Positions 16,622-22,880 of a stretch of 22,880 nt of DNA are shown here, in pieces. The translations under genes and the position numbers were made by a program. This stretch comes from Salinispira sp. (GTDB lineage: Bacteria; Spirochaetota; Spirochaetia; DSM-27196; Salinispiraceae). The DNA is taken from contig CBDDDG010000009.1 in the NCBI GenBank assembly GCA_965226555.1, positions 1 to 22,880 of the forward strand, written 5' to 3'. The notes under the pieces are model-generated. The model did no database searches, was not told the DNA's origin, and saw only the letters and a list, made by a program, of their open reading frames with translations. Within the stretch, counting starts at the first letter, position 1. Each line of letters opens with the position of its first letter.

Positions 16622-18493
16622 ATGCATAATTTACGCATTAACCGAAAAAACAGGAAGCCTGTCAGCACCTATGTGCTGAGCGGTTTTATCGTAATGCTGA
16701 CATTGCTCGTCGCTGCATGCCCCATGCTGACTGCGCCGCCTGCCATGTATGCGCCAACTCTCATAGAAGGAAGCGAACAGCTTACCGTATCGTGGATCGA
16801 TCCGACTACATGGAATTGGGGGGAGAACAACGCAGGAAACGATATTACTACATATCACTTGCGCTATCGTCACATGAGCAGCGAGAGCTGGACGGAGATT
16901 ACCTCCGGTATTATCGGCACAAGCCATACCATTACCGATCTGAAAAACGGTATGAATTACGCTGTGCAGGTGCGCGCCGTCAACGCGCAGGGCACCGGCG
17001 GCTGGTCGGCATCTGCCGCGGCAACACCTACTGCGTTCCTTGCCATGTCCGCGCCGTTATTAACGGTGGAAAACGGTACAATTACGGCTTCGTGGAACGC
17101 ACTTAACGGACACAACGTTACTGCCTACCACCTCCGCTATAGTGAAAAAGACAGCGGAAGCTGGACGGAGATTACCAAGGGTATAACCGGCACAAGCTAC
17201 CCCATTGTCGGACTGACAAACGGTACCAGCTATGATGTGCAGGTGCGCGCCGTCAACGCGCAGGGCACTGGCGGCTGGTCGGCATCGTCCACGGCAACTT
17301 TTGTTACTGCCCCTACTGCGCCGGGTACCATGATTGCTCCAACCTTTGAAGCAGGCACTGGGCGACTCATTGCCACATGGACTGCGCCGGAAAATGATGG
17401 CGGCAGCCCCATTACCGGGTATGAATTGCGATATCGCACAGATGATGGAGCATGGACGCGCATTAGCTCCGGCATTGCCTGCCGCGCACGTAGCGAGGGG
17501 CAGGCAGAAGTCTGTCATTTTTCCTTCTCATTTAATCCTTCTTACACAGGCCACACCATCACAGGCATGACAGACAGCGCCAACTACCAAATGCAGGTAC
17601 GCGCCATCAACGCGCAGGGCGTGAGCGAATGGTCTGCAACAGCAATGCTGCCGTTTGCAACGCAGCTTCCCGCGGGATCGCCAGCGTCCGTACCTTTGTC
17701 GGCTGATAGTAGTAATACCCTCATTGCCAATGAGGGTATAAGCCTTTTTGTGACCACGGTGGGAGTAAGCAATATCACGGTCGTTGATGGAGACATTACG
17801 GCGGTCACCTCCGTAGCTACGCCCGATGGGGTTACTATTCCGACTGTTGATTCGAGCAGCGGACTTATTACGGTTACGGTTAGCGCAGATACAACGGCAG
17901 GAACATATGTGGTATATGGTACTGGAACCGGAGATACCCTCCTCTTTGCCGAATATTTCTTTGTTACCGAGAATCCTACTACTAACGCTCAACTGAAAAC
18001 AGCGGTAACTGACGGGGTAACTACTTGGGGCAATACTGCCAACCTCAACTACATTGTTACCACGGCAGTAACGGATATGGACACTATCTTCATTAACAAC
18101 GCCTCCTTCAATGGCGATATCTCAGGCTGGGATGTCAGTTCGGTAACGAATATGCTCTCTATGTTCCAGCTAGCGGGGGCATTCAATCGCGATATTTCTG
18201 GATGGGATGTCAGCTCGGTAACGAATATGAGCTCTATGTTCCAGAACGCAAGTGCATTCAATAGCGATATTTCTGGATGGGATGTCAGCTCGGTAACGAC
18301 TATGAGCTATATGTTCGCTGTTGCAAGCGCATTCACTCAAAATCTTGAGGAGTGGAAGGATCATTGGACGCTCGAAACCGGCAACAAGCTTACTACCGCT
18401 GATCCTCCCAAATATACCGGAACCACACAGGATATGTTTTATGGTTCCGGCGTGAACGAAACGAATGGGAATGTGCCGTCATGGTATGAGTAG
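16622..18493 (+). CDS. Surface lipoprotein with 3 FN3 domains and BspA-like/DUF285 repeats (paralog of 4534-5991)
   Basis: Near-identical signal region INRKNRKPVSTYVLSGF..LVAAC. Three FN3 units and three DISGWDVSSVT repeats. Confidence 0.88.
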   Translation: MHNLRINRKNRKPVSTYVLSGFIVMLTLLVAACPMLTAPPAMYAPTLIEGSEQLTVSWIDPTTWNWGENNAGNDITTYHLRYRHMSSESWTEITSGIIGTSHTITDLKNGMNYAVQVRAVNAQGTGGWSASAAATPTAFLAMSAPLLTVENGTITASWNALNGHNVTAYHLRYSEKDSGSWTEITKGITGTSYPIVGLTNGTSYDVQVRAVNAQGTGGWSASSTATFVTAPTAPGTMIAPTFEAGTGRLIATWTAPENDGGSPITGYELRYRTDDGAWTRISSGIACRARSEGQAEVCHFSFSFNPSYTGHTITGMTDSANYQMQVRAINAQGVSEWSATAMLPFATQLPAGSPASVPLSADSSNTLIANEGISLFVTTVGVSNITVVDGDITAVTSVATPDGVTIPTVDSSSGLITVTVSADTTAGTYVVYGTGTGDTLLFAEYFFVTENPTTNAQLKTAVTDGVTTWGNTANLNYIVTTAVTDMDTIFINNASFNGDISGWDVSSVTNMLSMFQLAGAFNRDISGWDVSSVTNMSSMFQNASAFNSDISGWDVSSVTTMSYMFAVASAFTQNLEEWKDHWTLETGNKLTTADPPKYTGTTQDMFYGSGVNETNGNVPSWYE

Positions 18494-18536
18494 TTTCATA
18501 ACTCGCAGCGGCTATTGAAACACGGCAATTCAACTC

Positions 18537-18580
18537 AGGCAGGCGCGGGGCGCCGACCAGCCCCCGTGCCTGCCTTTTTT
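18537..18580 (+). terminator. Rho-independent terminator in conserved 3' region, copy 3
   Basis: AGGCAGGCGCGGGG-loop-CCCCGTGCCTGCCT followed by a T-run. Confidence 0.75.
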
Positions 18581-18649
18581 CGATAAAACGGCTGGTCGCT
18601 CTTGCCCCCATGTCGCCCGGCTCGCCCAAGCGTCTGGATTAGGATAATA

Positions 18650-18704
18650 TCTCATGTGGAATGCTTTCTTTGTGCTTAGCACAATTTTCAGGAGCAAAAC
18701 TTTG
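18650..18704 (-). mobile_element. Chimeric or deleted palindromic element
   Basis: GGAATGCTTTCTTTGTGCTTAGCA from the middle hairpin of the 126-bp form is fused to CAATTTTCAGGAGCAAAACTTTG. TAATA on both sides. Confidence 0.75.
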
Positions 18705-18779
18705 TAATATCCCAAAATAATAAAACTTTTTCAAAAACGTTCTCATTTTCACCATTCATATGTACCCCGTCTATATAGT

Positions 18780-18912
18780 ATGAGCGGAAAATATATCGGA
18801 ATGGTACACGCTGGAAATATGTTTTTGAAAATCCCCTGATATTCAGGGATTTCATATACTCATATTTCAACAAGGACCTCGCGGGGAGCATGGAGCGTAT
18901 CGACACAGAGCA
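18780..18912 (+). pseudogene. Decayed 5' fragment of Rpn gene 1 type, within the leader
   Basis: Aligns to 6322-6473 with a frameshifting deletion around GACAAAAGC. Repeated at 20530-20660 and 22299-22422. Confidence 0.75.
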
Positions 18913-19089
18913 TACCAGCCCCCATTCCCGACTCTCCGAAAAAAATTCACAAATTTTGCAAAATTCCTTCCAAAAACATAGGTAAAAATGACTTTTTACC
19001 CGTCACAGATTATAGAGGGGAGAATTCACCATGGGACCATGTCGCCATGGGAGCTCCCCTATTCAGAAAGAAACGTTCAGGAGGATTGT

Positions 19090-19854
19090 ATGATCGATTT
19101 CAAAGAAAAACCCGCCCCCGTTCCCTACGACCAAGGATACCGCTCTCTGCTGTTCCAACCCGCAATAATGCTCCAATTTCTGCAACGATTTGTCGGAGGC
19201 GCATGGACGAAAAAACTCCGAATCGAGGATATAACCATCGAAAACGGCACCTTTTTCATTGACCATGCGAAAACACGAATGGCCGACATTGTCTGCAAAA
19301 TAACGCAGAAGGATCACACGGGAGATGTTGCTATCTATGTGCTCCTTGAGCATCAGTCCGGCGTGGACAAAGACATGCCCTTCCGCATGTTGGAATACAC
19401 GCACCTTCTCTGCCGGAACATTCGCAGCTCCGGCACAATTCCCGATGACTGCGAGTTGGTATTTCTTCCCATTGTATTTTATAATGGAGAGCAAAGGTGG
19501 AAGGTGCCCGGGAATGTCAGAGATCGGAACACGCGGGAATTCCCGCAGTATCTTGCTCCTTTTCCCTACGATCTGATACGCGTGACCGATTATTCTGCGG
19601 AGCAGCTGCAGCAGCGGGGAAGAATGTTTGCGGCTGTTATGTACCTTGATCTGTACTCGAAAAATCTGCTGAATACGGATTGGGACATTCAGATAGTAGA
19701 GAAAGCGATAGCAGAAATGCTGAATGAGGAATCGCTGGAGCTGATAAAGGAATTTATCGGCGTGGTAGATTCGATGTTCGGAATTGTTATAGATTTAGAC
19801 ACGTTAATGAATCAATTAGAAGCAAAGTTTTGCCAGAGGCAAAACTTTCTATAA
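19090..19854 (+). CDS. Rpn/YhgA-family nuclease (unit 1), truncated by the 126-bp element
   Basis: CAGGAGG RBS. YDQGYRSL, RMADIVCK, YVLLEHQS.VDKDMPFRMLEY, LPIVFYNGEQRW. The last residues KFCQRQNFL are element-derived. Confidence 0.85.
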   Translation: MIDFKEKPAPVPYDQGYRSLLFQPAIMLQFLQRFVGGAWTKKLRIEDITIENGTFFIDHAKTRMADIVCKITQKDHTGDVAIYVLLEHQSGVDKDMPFRMLEYTHLLCRNIRSSGTIPDDCELVFLPIVFYNGEQRWKVPGNVRDRNTREFPQYLAPFPYDLIRVTDYSAEQLQQRGRMFAAVMYLDLYSKNLLNTDWDIQIVEKAIAEMLNEESLELIKEFIGVVDSMFGIVIDLDTLMNQLEAKFCQRQNFL

Positions 19855-19948
19855 AATTGGAGAATGCTAAGCACAAAGAAAGCATTCCAAATTTGAAACT
19901 TTTGCTACTGGAAATTGTGCTTGCACAATTTCCAGTAGCAAAAGTTTC
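19823..19948 (+). mobile_element. 126-bp three-hairpin element inside Rpn unit 1
   Basis: CAAAGTTTTGCC...GCAAAAGTTTC, flanked by AGAAG/AGAAA. Confidence 0.88.
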
Positions 19949-19988
19949 AGAAAGAACAAAAGAACCGAGAGGTAAGGAGGTAGCAAAA

Positions 19989-20345
19989 ATGTTCAGAATG
20001 AATGCGGAAACATTCAGAGCGCGCATTGCGGAGATGGGTCGGCAGGAAGGACTTCAGGCAGGACGACAGGAAGGACTTCAGACAGGATTGCAGACAGGTC
20101 GGCAGGAAGGCCGCGAAGAAGGACTTCAGACAGGATTGCAGACAGGTCGGCAGGAAGGACTGCGGACAGGTCGTGAAGAAGGACTTCAAAAGGGGCTACA
20201 GGCAGGCCGTGCTGAGGGGCATATTGAGGAGCGGAGAAAAAACGCCCGCAGTATGTTTTCCAAAGGATTTTCAGCCCATGACATTCAGGATGTTACCGGG
20301 CTGAGCGATGAGGAAATGCGGACATTGCGGAACGGGTCGCATTAA
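19989..20345 (+). CDS. Small Rpn C-terminal protein (RpnS-like), unit 1
   Basis: AAGGAGG at 19974-19980 and ATG at 19989. GRQEGLQT repeats, then an HTH-like end ARSMFSKGFSAHDIQDVTGLSDEEM. Confidence 0.75.
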   Translation: MFRMNAETFRARIAEMGRQEGLQAGRQEGLQTGLQTGRQEGREEGLQTGLQTGRQEGLRTGREEGLQKGLQAGRAEGHIEERRKNARSMFSKGFSAHDIQDVTGLSDEEMRTLRNGSH

Positions 20346-20400
20346 TTGGCGCTGCTCTGCCAAGCATCTGGCTCGCCCATGCGTCTGGATTAGGTCAATA

Positions 20401-20454
20401 AAAACTTTTGCATTGGAAAATTGCGCGTGCACAATTTCCAGTAGCAAAACTTTG
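20401..20454. mobile_element. 54-bp single-hairpin palindromic element at a unit boundary
   Basis: AAAACTTTTGCATTGGAAAATTG..CACAATTTCCAGTAGCAAAACTTTG, flanked by CAATA/TAATA. Confidence 0.8.
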
Positions 20455-20841
20455 TAATATCCCAAAATAATAAAACTTTTTGAAAAACTTTCTCATTTTC
20501 ACCGTTCATATTTTACCCGTCTATATGGTATGAGCAAAAAATATATCGGTATGGTACACGCTGGAAATATGTTTTCGGGAATGTTCAGATATTCAGGGAT
20601 TTCATATACTCATATTTCAACAAGGACCTCGCTCGGAGCATGGAGAGCATCAACACAGAGCATACCAAGCACCCCATTCCCGACTCTCCGAAAAAAACAC
20701 AACATTCTTTCAATTTCTTTTCAAAAACATAGTCAAAAATGACTTTTTACCCGTTATAGATGTAGGAGGAGAGAATTCACCATGGGACCATGTCGCCATG
20801 GGATCTCCCCTATTCAGAAAAAAACGTTCAGGAGGAATTAT

Positions 20842-21606
20842 ATGATCGATTTCAAAGAAAAACCCGCCCCCGTTCCCTACGACCAAGGCTACCGCTCCCT
20901 GCTGTTCCAACCCGCAATAATGCTCCAATTTCTTCAACGCTTTGTCGGAGGCGCATGGACGAAAAAACTGCGAACCGAGGACATAACCATTGAAAACGGT
21001 ACCTTTTTCATCGACCATGCGAAAACACGGATGGCCGACATTGTCTGCAAAATCAGAAGTCGGGATCACACGGGAGATGTTGTCATCTATGTGCTCCTTG
21101 AGCATCAGTCCGGCGTGGACAAAGACATGCCCCTTCGCATGTCGGAGTACACGAATCTGCTCTATCGGAACATTCACCGCTCTGGAGCAATTCCCGATGA
21201 CTGTGAATTGGTATTTCTTCCCATTGTGTTCTATAATGGAACTCGAAAATGGAAGGTGCCCGGGAACGTCAGAGAGCGGAACACGCGGGAATTCCCGCAG
21301 TATCTTGCCCCCTTTCCCTACGATCTTATTAGCGAGAACGATTATTCTGCGGAGCAGCTACAGCAGCGGGGAAGAATGTTTGCGGCTGTTATGTACCTTG
21401 ATCTGTACTCGAAAAATCTGCTGAATACGGATTGGGACATTCGGAAGGTAGAGAAAGCGATAGCAGAAATGCTGAATGAGGAATCGCTGGAGCTGATAGA
21501 GGAATTTATCGGCGTGATAGATTCGATGTTCGGAATTGTTATAGACTTAGACACGTTAATGAATCAATTAGAAGCAAAGTTTTGCCAGAGGCAAAACTTT
21601 CTATAA
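20842..21606 (+). CDS. Rpn/YhgA-family nuclease (unit 2), truncated by the 126-bp element
   Basis: Close paralog of 19090-19854 with a CAGGAGG RBS. Confidence 0.85.
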   Translation: MIDFKEKPAPVPYDQGYRSLLFQPAIMLQFLQRFVGGAWTKKLRTEDITIENGTFFIDHAKTRMADIVCKIRSRDHTGDVVIYVLLEHQSGVDKDMPLRMSEYTNLLYRNIHRSGAIPDDCELVFLPIVFYNGTRKWKVPGNVRERNTREFPQYLAPFPYDLISENDYSAEQLQQRGRMFAAVMYLDLYSKNLLNTDWDIRKVEKAIAEMLNEESLELIEEFIGVIDSMFGIVIDLDTLMNQLEAKFCQRQNFL

Positions 21607-21700
21607 AATTGGAGAATGCTAAGCACAAAGAAAGCATTCCAAATTTGAAACTTTTGCTACTGGAAATTGTGCTTGCACAATTTTCCAATGCAAAAGTTTC
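21575..21700 (+). mobile_element. 126-bp three-hairpin element inside Rpn unit 2
   Basis: Same site as in unit 1. The right arm of the third hairpin differs (TTTTCCAATGC vs TTTCCAGTAGC). Confidence 0.88.
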
Positions 21701-21740
21701 AGAAAGAACAAAAGAACCGAGAGGTAAGGAGGTAGCAAAA

Positions 21741-22097
21741 ATGTTCAGAATGAATGCGGAAACATTCAGAGCGCGCATTGCGGAAATGGGTCGGCAGGAA
21801 GGACTGCGAACAGGTCGCGAAGAAGGACTTCAGACAGGATTGCAGACAGGTCGGCAGGAAGGCCGCGAAGAAGGACTTCAGACAGGATTGCAGACAGGTC
21901 GGCAGGAAGGACTTCAGACAGGTCGTGAAGAAGGACTTCAAAAGGGGCTACAGGCAGGCCGCGCTGAGGGGCATATTGAAGAGCGGAGAAAAAACGCCCG
22001 CAGTATGTTTTCCAAAGGATTTTCAGCCCATGACATTCAGGATGTTACCGGGCTGAGCGATGAGGAAATGCGGACATTGCGGAACGGATCGCATTAA
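21741..22097 (+). CDS. Small Rpn C-terminal protein (RpnS-like), unit 2
   Basis: AAGGAGG RBS and ATG at 21741. Paralog of 19989-20345. Confidence 0.75.
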   Translation: MFRMNAETFRARIAEMGRQEGLRTGREEGLQTGLQTGRQEGREEGLQTGLQTGRQEGLQTGREEGLQKGLQAGRAEGHIEERRKNARSMFSKGFSAHDIQDVTGLSDEEMRTLRNGSH

Positions 22098-22168
22098 TTG
22101 GCGCTGCTCTGCCAAGCATCTGGCTCGCCCAAGCATCCGGCGCGCCATGCGTCTGGATCAGGTCAATA

Positions 22169-22223
22169 AAAACTTTTGCATTGGAAAATTGTGCAGAGCA
22201 CAATTTTCAGGAGCAAAACTTTG
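22169..22223. mobile_element. 55-bp single-hairpin palindromic element at a unit boundary
   Basis: AAAACTTTTGCATTGGAAAATTGTGC-AGA-GCACAATTTTCAGGAGCAAAACTTTG, flanked by CAATA/TAATA. Confidence 0.8.
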
Positions 22224-22576
22224 TAATATCCCAAAATAATAAAACTTTTTCAAAAACTTTCTCATTTTCACCGTTTATATTTTACCCGTCTATATGGTAT
22301 GAGCAAAAAATATATCGGTATGGTACACGCTGGAAATATGTTTTCGGGAATGCTCAGATATTCCGGGACTTCATATATTCATACTTCAACAAAGACCTCG
22401 CGCTGAGCATTGTTCCGGGAGCGTGCGTCAATACACCCTATAATACAGGGCGAATTCAACCATACGCTCACCCCCATTCCCGACTCCCCGAAAAAAACAC
22501 AACATTCTTTCAATTTCTTTTCAAAAACATAGTCAAAAATGACTTTTTACCCGTTATAGATGTAGGAGGAATGTGT

Positions 22577-22880
22577 ATGAAAAAATCATCCCACAGCACA
22601 GACCACATCCACGACATAGCCTTCAAGATCGCCTACTACAGAACCCCCCGGATGATTCCCGACCTACTGCGGCTGTTCTGTGAGGATACAACGCTTACCA
22701 AGCTGGACATGGATAAAATCCGCATTGAAACCCCCAGCTACATTGCGGGAAAAAAGAACCTTCACTGCGATCTCGTTGTCAGCGCTCCCTTCCTGTCAGA
22801 CCCCGACCGGAAGGCTCTATTCATTATTGAACATAAAAGCTACCTGCATAAACATGCTCTCACTCAAATCGATAACTATC
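22577..22880 (+). CDS. Divergent Rpn/YhgA-family nuclease, 5' part (runs off the window)
   Basis: AGGAGG RBS. Manual translation MKKSSHSTDHIHDIAFKIAYY...LHCDLVVS...LFIIEHKSY...LTQIDNY. Confidence 0.82.
   Translation, partial: MKKSSHSTDHIHDIAFKIAYYRTPRMIPDLLRLFCEDTTLTKLDMDKIRIETPSYIAGKKNLHCDLVVSAPFLSDPDRKALFIIEHKSYLHKHALTQIDNY

Larger units (their letters stand above)
18705..22570 (+). repeat. Tandem array of ~1.75-kb Rpn units (two full units plus the leader of a third)
   Basis: Homologous positions 19090/20842 and 19830/21582 are offset by 1752 bp. The leader recurs at 18705, 20455 and 22224. Confidence 0.92.

Noticed and set aside
17510..17549. Spliceosomal-intron-like GT...polypyrimidine...ACAG
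   Set aside because: The context is bacterial and the ORF is already open through it. The span is 40 nt, so removing it would frameshift the gene.
4471..22223. Palindromic repeats as a CRISPR array
   Set aside because: Copies are dispersed, vary in length, lack regular unique spacers, and no cas genes are in the window.
18650..22880. Integron cassette array with hairpins as attC sites
   Set aside because: No integrase is present, the ends lack RYYYAAC/GTTRRRY boxes, and 5-bp duplications point to insertion instead.

Overview
Bacterial chromosomal window, most likely from a spirochete (inferred from a spirochete-type SecA N-terminus beside a LIC_12708-like lipoprotein). Housekeeping genes (secA 5' end, nnr, glgC, era, clpP, SMUG1-type uracil glycosylase, polB, two EEP nucleases) are interleaved with two related accessory loci. 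Each accessory locus is an FN3 + BspA/DUF285 surface lipoprotein gene, a conserved 3' hairpin region, then one or more Rpn/YhgA (PD-(D/E)XK) nuclease genes. The most striking signal is a family of modular palindromic elements with core AAAGTTTTGC..GCAAAA(C/G)TTT, 27-126 bp long, in at least 11 copies, several with 5-bp target-site duplications. They sit upstream of the lipoprotein and Rpn genes and interrupt all three complete Rpn genes (four insertions, all in one orientation). Removing AAAG...TTTC precisely restores each reading frame, and the internally initiated small C-terminal Rpn ORF is always left intact. Also noted: an era gene that lacks a canonical start codon, a candidate structured ncRNA, leaderless-type starts, and hairpin-loop microinversions.
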